Assembly (NCBI GenBank): GCA_047495785.1
Contig: JBLDXI010000010.1
Span: 434,001-498,000 of the forward strand
DNA: 64,000 nt
Direction: 5' to 3'
Origin: Lepidodermella squamata
Lineage: Eukaryota > Animalia > Gastrotricha
The notes under the pieces were generated by a model that was not told the DNA's origin, ran no database searches, and saw nothing but the letters and a program-made list of their open reading frames with translations. This document shows positions 12,055 through 26,100 of this stretch, in pieces. Each line of letters starts with the position of its first letter. The first letter of the stretch is position 1. The position numbers and the translations under genes were made by a program.

Positions 12055-13986
12055 AAAAAATATTCCGAATTTTATGGCTATTTTTCCGGTTGCTAAAAAT
12101 AATTCGGAGAATTTCCAAATATTTAAAAAAATTGGTTCTTCTTCTGGTCAAATATGTTTACGAAAAAAAATTAATTGTGTCCATGATTTTCATGCATAAT
12201 GAGTTTTCCCGGACTTTTCTGCGTATTTTTCGTGAGAATTTTGTTATTTTTTTTGCTATATTCCTGGAAAAAAGGTGTAGGACTAATGATATATTTGCGA
12301 ACATTGTAATGCGGCTATACGCACCGTGGCGCGTGGATGGATTGATCTAACATTTCGCTTATAATAGGTATTATGCATAGTAATGAAAAAGCATCGATAC
12401 ACCACACGATTCGCGGTGGCCCGGTGTAATTTTTCTGTTTTTCTTTGCATTTTTTAACAGCAAAAAATCAGCCGCGTCTGCTGCGATGCGATCAACAACG
12501 TGCGGCTGTATAAACTATAAGCTATACGCATTCGATTTTTACGTATGTATATCGCATATACCCTTGGCGATGTTGTTTTTCTTGGCACGAAAGCTCGCAA
12601 ATGCGCAGTGGTCACATAAAAAATGTCGCATAGTTAATGATTTCGCACAGCGCGCATATACTTTTTTGCCGAGAGTAATAAACGCAGTAATATTACTGCG
12701 ACATTAAATCTTTACTGCAAACAGTTTCAACCGTTTCCGCTGTTTTTTATGCCTTTTGGCACGCTCTCTCATTATTATAGATGATTCCGCCTGTGTCTGC
12801 TATAACAATGACGTCATTAAAAAAGAGACATTTCACTGCCAAAATATTCAATTCAGTGCAATTTTACGTGAATGTGTCCCACGCTAGATATATTTCAGTT
12901 CAATTTAATAAATGGCTTCTTCCGACATCCGCTCCATTTGTAGGAAAAATCTAGTCAATTATTATATATTATTTTCGTATTATTTCACGCGCGATAATTC
13001 GATATTACAAAAAACCGCCTTTTGTACTCGATTTCCGTATATCTAACAATGACACGGTGCTAATCGATGACCACACCACCGCGAAGTCTTGTCTCGCTTC
13101 GTCGAACAGATAAAGCCGCTATTCTTTTTAACATCATCGCACTCTCGTCATTTTTTTTCGCATTATATGATGTAGGGTAGTACATCATTATATATATACC
13201 AGCAATAATGTTCGCGCCCACACACTAAATATCCGGATTTTCTCTCTATACATATTAGCATATAAAAGAGTAATTTAGCTCCGAGGCCTGCCTAAAAAGG
13301 TTTTTTGCGAAGACTCAATCGTTTTTTTTCCGATAATTTTTATTGCTGTCGCGCCATAAATCAATGATTCATACATCATAGTAGCGTGCGGGAGGCTTTT
13401 TATAACTTCACCACAAACATCTGTTTACTATTTTTTTCTATTAAAAAGGTGAATACTTGATATCAAAAATAGGTGTTGCTTAAGCTTTTTCCGCCTTCGT
13501 GTGATACTACTATATATGGTGGTTAAAATCAACCTCGCTTTCATTGTGCGATAAAAACAAACGAGAGGGGGCACGCCTCTTTATAGCACTTATAGTAAAA
13601 TTACACTCCAAGTTTTCGTCAACACAATAGTATATAATAAGATAATAAGGCGGACTATTTTTCAATCCAGGGGCGGGGATAACTTGCGCGATAAAAAAAC
13701 TTGTTTATAACCCCGAATGCGCTTTCAACTGCTATTAAAAAGTTGCGGGTAGTAATCATTATTGGGTAGGCAGGCTTAATACCCCCACTATGCTACTACA
13801 ATAATAGTGGCGTCTTTTCATCGTAAATAGCGCGCTATACTATTAAAGGGCCTAATAACCAGCTGCAGCCGGTGCTCTTAATATCATCATCATCATCATT
13901 ACGCCTCACTTCACTCGCCTATCGCAATAACCTTGAAAAATATCTAATTTACATCTCGGTTTTGTTTAGAGAAATTACTGCGAAAA

Positions 13987-15148
13987 ATGTCGATGGACAA
14001 GAGCAAGGCTGAGCTGGAGGTTGAAAGTTGTTTCAGTAACAACCGGTTATCGCTGCCGGACAAGATGGAATGTGATGTGCGAATATCGCCCGAACCTTGT
14101 GGCCACCAATCGACTCCACTTTCGACAATTCTCCACCCCGAACCTCCTACCCCGCCTCCTTCAGAAACTGACGATGAAATGCCAAGGTAAGGGAACCTTT
14201 TTTGTGAGGCCAAGATCAAGTTTTCACGGCTAGAAATAGGATATTTAGGATGACTAGAACTACATGACTTCACTCGCTGATCATTAAGGCAGATTTTATT
14301 GCTCAAATAGCGTGGGAAAATTTTACGCGCACTTTAATTTCGCGCGCAAAAAAATTGGTGTGCGCGTGATTTTTTTCCTACATTCAACCCTATATTCGAT
14401 CGATGGGGAATTTTCTGAATTTTAGCTTAGCATAAAAACCGCCATATCATTCGAAAGTTGCCCTTTGACATCGTCGCGTCTTATCCCAGTCGAATTTTTA
14501 TTCGATTTTCTAAAAAATTTCGTTTTTTTCAGGCGGAGATTTACTATTGGCTCCGTTCGAGAGTTGAAGCAGACAAAAGACCTCGTTGACACAGGCGTAG
14601 TTGGCCTTAAACCCGCCTTGAAGACCCCGCAAACCCGGCTCGCGCAGAACAACGCCCTCGCTCACCGCAAACAGACAACATTCAGCCCGACACTTACCCT
14701 AATATCGGAAACTGAGGACTACGGCAAGCCCATGGTCCGAACCGCATCTCTGGGCGCGAACTCGGTGCTAGAGGAGGGTCAAGTCAATTTATCAGAGGTT
14801 GCGCGCATCGTCCGGCGGCGGTTATCAGTCATCCGTGAACAGCAGGATAGCACCGCAGCAGCTGCTGCTCCTGCTTCTTCAGCAGCTCAAGTCGAAGCAG
14901 CGGCAGCTCCTCCGACCGCGCAGCAGAATTCCAGTCAAAACGAAGCGATTTTCGGAGGTGGTTGTAACTCGCGATCGTCGATTGTCGACGACGCGTCGTC
15001 GAACGGCTCTTTCGATGACGCGTGGAAGGAGTTGAGCGCGAAAAAGCCGGCCGTTGACGAGCCGGCGCCGCAGCGCAGCCACTCGCATCGTCGCCAACCA
15101 CCCGGTATTGACGCTAGTGCAGCTTTTCGACCTGGTCGACCCGTGTGA
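13987..15148 (+). CDS. Orphan two-exon protein, about 271 aa, largely low-complexity (exons 13987-14186 and 14533-15148)
   Basis: GC-rich coding-like exons in an AT-rich background; donor AG|GTAAGG at 14187 and acceptor TTTTTCAG at 14532 join in frame (MPR-RRFTIGS). No family recognised. Confidence 0.7.
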
Positions 15149-16047
15149 AAAAAATCCTCATTTTTTTTGTTTTTTTTCCGTGTTTTTTCTACTGCTAATC
15201 ATCGCCGATGTGACCTGTTGTTATATACAGATGATGATGAGCCTGGCTACTTCTGCTTGTTTCCAATATTTTCGAAACTGTCACGAAAATGACAGCTGTT
15301 AAAAAAAAACTGATGACTGTAAGGTGAGGCTGGTGTAGTTAACTTGTACTGCATTTTTCTCGAAAGAAATCAATTTCTTGATAGTGTCATGCATAATATT
15401 TCAGAATGCTGAAAAATATAGTTATTTTCCCGAATATAGACAGTTTTTTGCATATTATTTTTCCTCAAAAAAATCCACCTTAATATTGTGAAATTTTCAG
15501 TTGAATCGAAACATTTTTTGATCTGGTTTTGTTCGAACCTAGCTCGTCATTATTTTTTTTATACGCGTCTTTCTCGATAAGTTTGCTATATAATATGACA
15601 TGCTTGTTTGCGATAGCATCAGATGACATGCATTGTATGATCCCTGTTCATTTCTATTCGGTTCATGCTCTCTGGTATATATAGGCGTGTTCTTCACCTT
15701 GAAAAACCATACATCATACATACGACATACGACAATCTTTGAATGGAGATGACTACTTTTACTTTATATTCCGCGTGACAACAAATGCTACAGCAGCTGT
15801 CAAAATTTGTTATTATTATTATTGTTATCATTTCGAAATGAGCTTGCGGTACGATCGTTTCATCGGCAATATTCTCTTACCGGTTATCTTGTATCGAAAA
15901 ATCGCGGTAAAAATACCAATAAATTAAAAAAATACTGCATATTGATGTTTTTATTCTTGACATGCTTATTTTTGACTTCAATCTTTACAACGATGATATA
16001 AGAGCTGAGCAAAATTATAGCTCTTAAATTCACCGGGTCTAACTTAA

Positions 16048-16309
16048 AGCGGAACCAAATTTGCCTGTTAACCTGTTTCCAAATTTCGGGATTTTCAATG
16101 GGCCTAAAACCGATTTTCGAAGCTTTTAAGGATGTCATGAGTGATCGGCATAATTCAAAATAAATTATCTTCAAATTCAGCGAGAAATTCTGTACAAAGT
16201 GCATTCTTGACTATGGATTTGATACCTTGCCCTAATTTCTTGGAAAGTTGAAAAGCGACCTTTTTCTTATCTAAAATTAGGTTCCGCAACAAGCAGATTT
16301 GGTTCCGCT
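16048..16309. mobile_element. MITE with AG..CT termini (Kolobok-like; TTAA on the left flank only)
   Basis: TIR agcggaaccaaatttgcctgtt vs reverse complement agcggaaccaaatctgcttgtt (2 mismatches in 22). Confidence 0.6.
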
Positions 16310-17159
16310 AATAGATATTTTGAATTCAATTATTAGGTATTTAAAGTGAAATTCAGCAGTTTGCATGGTTAGGAGCTGCTTGAGTTGAGACTAAACATAT
16401 ATAGCATTTTGCTCGAACTTATTCAAGCTCCAAGCTTCGGTTGGAATACAAAAATAGAATGTGTTACTCAGATAGACGAAGCAATTTTAATAGGTTGGAA
16501 AATGTGAATATTCATGAGGTGCTCATTATAATTTGTGGATCCATCCTAACTTTATGCCAATTGCTCATTTCTCTGATTTTCGGCGCTGATATAAAAAATG
16601 TCCTAGTTTCAAGACATATATAGATTTGCCGCCGCGTTTCATGGAATTTTGGAATATCTTGAGAAAAGTTGGCGAATAATTAGTTTAAAAAATATTTCGA
16701 CACCGGACATTCAGTTACAGACCTTGCCCCTTGCCCTCATCTTTATCACCCACTTTTGATAGGTCCCAGGTGTTACATTAGGGTCCTTTGACCTTCATGA
16801 AAAGTTAGATCTTGAATAAAACGGTCGAAATTCCTTGGCATGCTGACTGAGGCGGAATCATCCTGGGGATTCCGTATCACGAGGAATTTAGTAAAACGCT
16901 ACGACACATTCATATTGGTTGATGGGATCGATTTTTCAAAACTTTAGTAGAATCAGATAATTCGCTCTATTGTCGTTGCGTGTTTATCGCGTTTAAATTC
17001 TATTTTGAGGCTGTGATTCGAAGTCATTGCCCTTTTCCGCTTTTCATGAAACTGAAAATTAAAATTCAGATTAAAAAATTCGAAACATCTCGGCAATGGT
17101 ATTTTATTCATTTTCATTAAAATCGCTCAGTGCAAAATATTGGTACAAAATTACGAGTC

Positions 17160-20100
17160 CTATATCGCCGGCAAATCATCAGGGTCAAGTTCTGCCCTAT
17201 CACTGCCATCATCAGATTCACTGCTTTGGACTGGCGTCGTGTCATCACTGGAATCATCATCTTCTATCACATCGCCATCACTCGAATCGTCGTCCAAATT
17301 CGCGGGTTGATTAAAAGTATTCGCCGCTCGAACATGGGCCTCGACATTCGCGTCCAGCTTCGAAGGATTCCACGCAAAACTGCCCGTCTCGTACGACCGG
17401 ACCGTTTCGTTATCCGGGAAATAACTCGTATTCGTCATGTCCGGATTCCGCAGCTTCTCAATGGCTTGCTTCACAATTCCCATCGTATGCTTTTTCGACC
17501 ATAAACTCCGCGCTTTCATCGCAGCCAGGTACTCCTCGCTGTCGATGATTTCAAACCCGTCGTATTGAGACCATAGCAGCCGTTGAGTTGTTGAAAACGA
17601 ATCGCTGAAGCTGTCGAGCTTCTCTTTACTCGGCAATAATTCATTAATAGCTTCGACACATTCGCTGAATTTCGACGTCTGAAATGACGTCTTGATGGTT
17701 CGAAATCTATCAGTCGGGCCAACGCTGTTATTTGCGATGTGCAGGGAATCTTCAACAGCCATACCACATGACGAGCTAAATAAAATTGAAAAAATATGAA
17801 ATTTTTGTAAATTATCTTGTTCAATAATTCCCAAGGCCCTAGCTTAAAATTTCTTTTTTTTATGGAAAAATTGTCTCGGCTGAAAATTCTTCCCTATTCC
17901 AAGGGAAAAAAGAATGAAATTGACATTCTTTTGCGGACAAATGTGAGTGAATCGCATATGGCGTGGGCCAAATGGCCAACGAAAGTGGCCCTCGCCTTGC
18001 AGCTGTTCAGCGAGAGTGTTGCGAACACTTTGAAAACTTTGCGCCAAAAATCGATTCCTGACTTAATCGATTCCAAGGGTACATAGCTGCTCTGTAGGAT
18101 TTTCTACAGCATGTGGGACTGTCTGAATCAGCGCTCTTTCAACGACCCCAATCCCAGTCGTCATCCTGTGACACCAAAGAAATTTCCGGTTTGAAGTGGA
18201 AGCTGAGGGAGTCATTCCAGGTAATTCTCAGCTTCAGCGACCTTCATGACAATTCGGTCATAACGAGCTCTTCAAAATGCGGTGTGCGTGGTATGGTCAT
18301 AGCCTGAAGAATGGCTTCACGTGTTGCCTGAGTATCTCCTTTTCGAGGTGGGTTTTAAAAGTTTCCCGAAATACCACTTCCTTCAAGATTCCCTGGAATT
18401 GACGCTACGTCAATGGATTTGCAAGTAACCCCAGCCCTAATCAAGTGATTGCAGCCCTCCGAGGTTACGTCGTACAGCGTTTCATCGCCGCGAAGGGCGG
18501 TAATGCGAAGAATGATTTGTGCTTCAATAGTGCAGGAGCGACTATAGCAACTTGCTTCCTGAAAAAAATGTGCTGAGAGCGTCGGTACTGTCTCCGTTTC
18601 AACCCGGGTACCGGAGCCGGTGTTGTTGCAAACCGAGCCGGTGTACTCGCTAGCTATCCGAAGTGAAATTCTGTCTTGATTTTGGAAGCTGTTACTTATA
18701 CAGTTTTACAGGAGGGGCGGCCGGAGGCTTTGGCTCACTCGTTAAAATCACACTACTTCTTTTCCGTAGGATGGTTCCGGGAAGCAATCATCGAAATTAC
18801 ACGAAGCTTCGTTCAAAGATGCTGTTCGACATGTAGGGGTCGGAGAACGGCCGTCGACTGTCGCTGCCGCAACAGGCATTCCGAGGTCGACTCTTCAGCG
18901 TAGCAACACAAGTGATGTCAATCGTCGATGTGCTATATCGTCTGAGATAGAAAACGCGTTACTCGTGTATTTTTTGTGCTCGGTGACTTCGGCTTTCCTC
19001 TGGATCAGAAAGATATCCGCTTTATTGCGAAGGGCTACCTTGATAGCATGAAAATTGTAATTGCTTCCTTCAAAGACAACATGCCCGGGCTAGATTGGTA
19101 TTACGCATTTCTATCCCGTCATGAAAGTGTTATCAAGGTACGATTCGGTGAGAATGGGTGCTCGCGAAATTCTACAAAAATCTCGAATCGACGCTATCTG
19201 CTGCGGATAAGTATGTCCTTAATTTTGACAAAGCAAATATCACAGACGATCCCGGTAAGAAAACGTTTGTATATCGAAGAAACACGAAACGACCTGCCCG
19301 GCTTCTGAACGCATGAAAAGGCGCTTTGATGTGTTGATGTTTTGCGGAGCGACCGATGGCACTATGCTTCCAACCTATATCTGTTACCACAGCAATAAAC
19401 AATTTCGAACAAGGTGCCCAAGAAAACCGATTGATGGTGCTAGATGGTGCTAGATAGCTAGATAGACAGTAGAACGCCAAATTTCTTTACAAATACAAAT
19501 TTCTTAATACAAATTTCTTTGTATTAACCCTTTCATGGCCATGAGGACGATTTCAGAATTTAGACTTTGAAAATTCAGCTTTCTTCTGGCCATTGCTAGA
19601 CAGCTTGTCATGTACCAAAAGCCGGTGTTACCTTGAAAGAGAGGCCGCCCGTCGCTCAAAGAGCTCGAAGCTGTTGAGGGTGGCGTTGAAACAAAATCCC
19701 GTCGTAAAGCGAGTGTCGCTCAGCCAAGTTCTTTCATCCGTTTCCACAATGTTGGCCATTTGCCTAATCGGTTGGTGATCAGAATCGTAGAACGTGTTCC
19801 AATAAAGACTTATTCGAAGAGCTCGGTCGAATTTTACCTAAACCAGCTGGCAGGTATTTCCTCTTTTACTAAATATGACTGAACTACCATTTCCAATTGG
19901 TACAGGTTTGAGGATGCTAATTTGGCCAACAAAATTCTCGAGTGGAAGTTTCTACTGGGACTTATCATTCGGTATGAAATTTTGAATTTGACCAACGAAG
20001 TCAGCAAGTTTTTTGCCGATTTGCTAGTTGCTCTCAAGATGTTGACCAAGTTGAAGGCATCTTTGAAAAGATTCAAGGATAAGGGAATCAACCAAATCGT

Positions 20101-23100
20101 TGTAGATGCCAAAACTTTGGCAGTGGAAAAACTGTTCCTTGATGATTTGGCTATTTCCAAGCCGCATGAAGTTCGTCCGAGAAAGCGGCATCTTCGGTTG
20201 ATCGAAGAAGACGGAAGTCAACTTCCAGTAGTAATTATCTAGAGACACGCTCGAACAATTTAAAGAGGATTCCTTCGGCGCATTTCTTGATATGGCGGTC
20301 GAACAGCTGGAGGAACGATTCGAGCAAATAAAAGAATTTGAAGCGACTTGGGGATTTCTCTTCAATGTCCATAAGGCGGCTGGCTCTGTGGTATTGCAAT
20401 CGCACTGTCTGGACCTTCACAATGCTCCGAAAAGCCCGAGGATTCCCCGAGGAGCTGATCAAAGACTACAAGGTTACCGGCTACAAGTTACCAACTATGA
20501 CCTCTCGAAGGCGAAATGGCCGTCAACTGATCACTGCCAGTTGTGTTCATTGATTTTTTAACGAAAAAAGTGAGAAGATGTTGAATGAAGGAGGGAATAT
20601 GTTATGCATTTCTACGTGCTAGTGTGGCGCAGTACAAGCAATAATTGCAGCGAATGAAATCAGCTGGGCCGATAGGGCGATTTCGCCCCTTTTCTCGCAG
20701 CCTTAACGGTGACGGATAGAGACAAACGGGTTTCAAAATCGTGATCAAGGACCCCTAAAACCCCTAGAAATGTTGTCAAATATTTTTTCCACCGCAGATA
20801 AATAATTAGCTTCAACGCTTTAAGCTTTAGTTTGCTTTAAACGGCTTAATTTTGCCGCTCAATGCGAAAAAGACACCACTTACCATTTCAGAATTTCCGA
20901 CTCGTCAGGCTCATACGTCGCCCGACGTTCGAAAGGCCCAGTTCGGCAATAAACACAATAGACCCGTCGCGTTTCTGCCTCACCAGACGCTTCTTCATCA
21001 CTTTCACTATCAACATACTCGTCACATGACTCCGTAAACCGAATCAACGAGGCGCCAAACTTGAACTTCGGTCGTGGTATTTTTGGCGGGTTGATTATCT
21101 CAACGATATCATTCAAATCATCGTCTTCAACATTTATCTCCGAGGCAATTTTCGGCTTCTCCTCGACCTTGACAACCACAGGAGTCCAAGGTATGTCTTC
21201 ATTGACTTCGTCCACCCAACTCTGGCATAATTTGCCAAGAGCCGAAGCCGCGCCGAATGAAGTCATCATAGTGTCGAGGGGTGACGTAATTCGAGATTTG
21301 CTGCCCTGCCCCAGGTCGAAGTCGTCCGTCTCCTCGCGGCTTGAATACAGCTGGTAGAAAAGGTGACCCTGGCCGCTCAGTTGCAGGACAGTCATGAGGT
21401 CAGCTTTGCTAGACCGGCCGTACCGTTGGCTGAACAGAGCCAGACCGGCCATGGGTGCCTGCGTGAGGCATGTCTGCCGTAACAGCGGATTCAATTTCTC
21501 GGGCAGATGATTCTCGACAGATGCAAGGTTGGGTATCGACCATGGTTGACCTACAAAATTAAAAAAATCATCAATTTCGAGGACTTTCGTCTTTAATAAA
21601 AAATTAATCATCATTGCCTTGGCAAGTTCGAAGGCCAATAATTGCGATTTTTGAATAAGATAAGACAAGTGAAATCGCTGTTCGTACATAGTTTTCAGTG
21701 TTTTTTCTGGACAACATAGACTAGTGATTTTTTTCTGATAACTTCATGAAATTTTACAGGTAGATGCAGAGTAATGAGTCCTATTTGTGGGTCAAATATA
21801 TTTTTCTCAACTATCATCTGGCCGAAGGGAGGGCCCGAAAAGTATATTTCGGTTTTTCTTTTTTCCGACTGGTCAATCGGGAATTCAAGGATGATACTTT
21901 CAGGGAAGATAGATATGGCTGTCGCAATACAAAGTTTACCGCACTTTTACGAGGCTTTCACGGCAAAACTTCGTAAAAATTATTGCAGTCGTTCGGAAAC
22001 GATTTTATTCCAACCAGCTTTATCCTCTTATGGCGAGAATCGTGATGGAGGGGGCGCTCATGTGGATGACTCAGACGAAGACATTCAGCTTGTCGGTAAT
22101 CGCGATGAAGAAGCCGCCGAAGATGTCAACTTCGTCGAGCACCGGTAGCAGCGCTCCGGCATCTAATGTTGTTAACTTCAACGTAGGCAGGCGCGTTGTC
22201 CCGCCCGTGGCATTAAGTCCGTCCCCATCGCCGCAGCGGCGTTTTGTTAATACGCGCTGGGGTTCCGGGTCGCGAAGTGACCCATCGCACGCGCGTACTG
22301 CCCATGCTAATGCGCGTAGGTTTGTAGTTCCGCCGCCTTACGGGACGAATTTTGGGAGCTCTAATGTTGCGCCTTTTGTATTCAATTCACCGCCTTCATA
22401 TAGCGCGCCTTCATATAGGCACGTTTCTATCTTCCATTTTCCTCTTTGCATTTGCTGTGGCATTTGCTGGTCGTCCGAAGGATCAGCAAGATCGCGATGT
22501 AATTTTTCACCTCATTCGCTCCATGTCGCAAAGCGTGGAGTTGCATCAAATTCAGGCGGAAGCATTGCATTCGAATTTTGCTACTTTGGAATTGTTTGAG
22601 CAGTTTGTTGAGGAACGCATTAGTGCGAGTACGGTTATTAAGCTGTGGCAGGGTAAACGCATGAATCCGCAATTCGATGTAATCTTGTCTTCGGATTACA
22701 CCGTTCAATCGGCGTCGTCGTCTGCTGCGTCTGCTGCGTCTTCCGCGTCTGCTAGCTCAGCTATTGATCAGTCCACGATTAGGGCAGTGGTAGCAGAGAC
22801 TGTGAATGAAAGTTTGCTAAAGCTACTGGCGCAGGCACTCAGTCAAGCGATGGCTCAATTGAAGCCTGGGGCGTCGGGCAGTGCTTCGGATTTTCGTAAA
22901 GCTCAGTTGTCGGATCCGGATTTATCGCCTGTTCTGGCAGCGGACCATTCCTATCTCATAATACTGTTTTGTACAGGCATCTGATTGTTATTTCTATTAT
23001 TCTCACATCACCTGTTCCATTACCTTACCGGTTCCTCACGCAAGTTTTAAAGGAACACCGGTGTACAGTTTGACATTGATTCTTTTTACTTGTACAGAAC

Positions 23101-26100
23101 CTTGCGTGGCTTTGTATTGTCGCGACCGTTCCAATAAAAGAGATTGGTTAAGCGTCGTTTTTTTTGTTTTTGAACTTCCGTCACCGCTAGAGGCTCACCC
23201 TAATTTCTCAATTCCAACCAACTGGTCACTAACTCTTAACTCAATCACTGATTGACTTCTCCCGATTGTATCGATCCATCTTCCGTATTTTACTATTTTT
23301 GTTTGTTAAATGTCTCAACGCCCACCACAAGCCTCAGTGTTGCCTGTCTACGAATTAATTCAATTAAATCACCTCATCTAATGTATGCGTGCCTTGTGCG
23401 CATCACCAAATAATAAATATGCATATATGCTGTTCACGGTCGCCTCATTTCTGCGCTCGATCCTCTCATTGCCCATTTATAAATCCATTCCTAAATACTG
23501 TTATTCTTTTACAAAATGACAAATGGTGCAATCTGAAGGTAAACAATAAAATGAAAAATGCGGCTAGTTTAATTGCGAACACTCGAAATGCCGATGTCAC
23601 TCGTTGTGATGTAAGGCGCCTGGCTGATTTACGTCAGTTCATTGTTGATAACTTCTCTGACGAACCCCGCTCACTTATCACTTGGGCAACTGGCATAATT
23701 AATGCCCAAATAATAAAACGGTTACCACCGCCTTAAATATTTCTCCTTTTCTTAATTTTCGTATAAAAACTGGCTTCGTCTTGAATCTGTGGTTGAGTCG
23801 ATTGGGTCTATCGTGCGCTATCGAACCGAATGCCAGGCTACAGGGAAGAACTACGATCTCGAGACAATTAGCCATACGCTGGAACGGCAATTGCATGCAC
23901 CGCTCAACTAAAATTATATTGAAGTAAAATTCGGTACAAATGGGCGAGTAAATTACTATCCAGCTACTAGACGCGGTAAAATGAACCTATTGTTTCGCTT
24001 AAGCCCGCTCGGGTGCCAACCTGGCTGATAGTGAGACGTCCATTTCGACCCTGCTGAGTCAAGCAGGTGAAAATTCGATTTCTGTGAACGGATTTATTGA
24101 TTGTCAGAGAAATCTCGTCTCAGCTTACGCAGTCAAAGATACCGTTATTTTTTCAAATAAAATTAGTAGTAAAGCTTCATTTGCGCACGTTATCGACGCA
24201 GAAACTCTTCCTCGTCCTTATCTCGTTCTTTTTCAAACGATTTTTCAGACGTTTTCGAGCAATTTTGATGAAGTATCTGCTATATGTTCTCCTAAACCAG
24301 GTTTTTTTTTTAAGGAATGACTTGGTCGTTACTTTCACCGTTTTGGGCGTTACACAAAATCCAAATAACATTCGTGAATTCATATTACTCATTCATTATG
24401 AAACGGAGGGCTGATAGCCGTTCCAATAAGCTGAAGAAACCGAAACGAGAGCATAGGTTTCAGCAAAATTGGCTCAACGACAGGGAGTTGGCTTATGACA
24501 GCGAGCTTGATCGATGGTTTTTAACCTATGTTGAAGGCAGCGGCCCAACATCCGGCGTGTTATGCCCGATTTATAAAGAGAATCGCAAAGCTCAGTTAAT
24601 TGGAGGCATTCGGCAAGGTATTTGGATCACCACAGGATTTCGAAGTTTCCAACGCCAGAGAATTTTGGGACATCGTCGGACCAGTCAAATGCACTTGGAC
24701 GCTGTTGAGGCTGCCAAACTCGGTGGCGATTCTTCTTTGGCAAAGCTACACGAAGAGCGAAAGAATAAGAAAATCGAAACCATTGGCGATTTGCTTGACA
24801 TTATTTACTGGGTTGTTAAGCAAGAGATCGCTGTAAGAAAAGTCAAAGATTTGGTCGCTCTCGTTGTCAAGCTTCAAAAGGAAGGCGGACAAATTTTAGA
24901 AGACTTTGGCCATACTTCCTCAGTGAGTATTCGTGAATTCATTTTACTCATTGGTGAACATATTCAAGATAAAATTATTGAAGAATTGATCGATACCGAG
25001 AAACCATTCGGTCTCTTAACCGATGAAAGTAGCGATATTAACAAAATGTGCCAGCTGATGACATTTCTTCAATTTGTTGGAGAAGATGGAGAAAAGAGGA
25101 CACCTTTCTTGGATATCCGAACGATTAGTGAAACAACATCTGGGAACTTAGCTCGAGAAATTGTAGAACTTCTTGAAGAGTACAAACTTCAAATCCAAAA
25201 CATGCTCGCTTTGTGCAACGTTGGCACAAACAGCATGTATGAGTATGAAATCAAGTGCTTTTTCGTGATTGTTCAATTTTCTGCTTTTTTGGGCGTTACA
25301 CCGAGCCATTTTGGGCGTTACACTGTCACATGTGTAACATGCTTAAAAAAACGCTGTCTAAACATTCCCAGCTTTTCATCGGCAGCTGAAAAAATCCCAA
25401 CATGGCCGCTAAGAATTTTGCCCGGCAGACAATTCCCATTTCAATTTTCCATCAAATATCGAATTTTGAGAAAAATTCTTACCCCATGCAATCGGCAGAT
25501 CGGAACGTGTGTTTCTAAGCGAAACTGGGCACGCAATTGTTTCATCCGAAAACTGTGAGCCGCCAACAATCAACCAGTCCGGCCCATCTGTCTCGCTTTG
25601 CCTGATTTTATCGATGGCCAAATACGCGGCTGGAGCGCGCATCAAATGGCCCCAGGACTGGACGACTCGCCGCGGCATTCTTTGATCAATAACCAGAATA
25701 TGCCAATGACTTGAAACTGTGAAGCAGTTAGGACCAGGCCCTGCTTGGACACCGAACAATTCCAAACGCGACTGATGGTAATTGTGCTGCAATACATCGT
25801 ACATCGGCATTGTTGCGTAGGTCGCCATGTTTTCGCTCGATAGAGGTTCGAACAAAGTAACCGCAGGAGTTGAATTTGAGCATCTCAGATCGTTCAAAAA
25901 CATGGTATGAGCTTCAGTTGAGACAAATTGTCGCGGATGGCCGCCGAATTGGACACAGAATGGCGGTGAAAGTTGGCGAGATTTCGCATCGTAACAGCAG
26001 CCGAATTTACAATCGGGCATTTTCAATTTTGCGAGATGTTCGCGAGATTCGGCTGAATAGTGGTAGATTTCGCCATTCCGATTCGACGCCACGAATTCGC

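Noticed and set aside
17160-17834. 224-aa ORF as a stand-alone gene
   Set aside because: Its acceptor at 17776 joins in frame to the TAF1C-like donor near 20883 and completes a CxxC motif, so it is treated as the last exon.
24317-25558. 413-aa ORF as a domesticated transposase gene
   Set aside because: Zinc-finger Cys is lost, the catalytic domain is truncated, and the tail runs through repeats and overlaps a TAF1C exon antisense.
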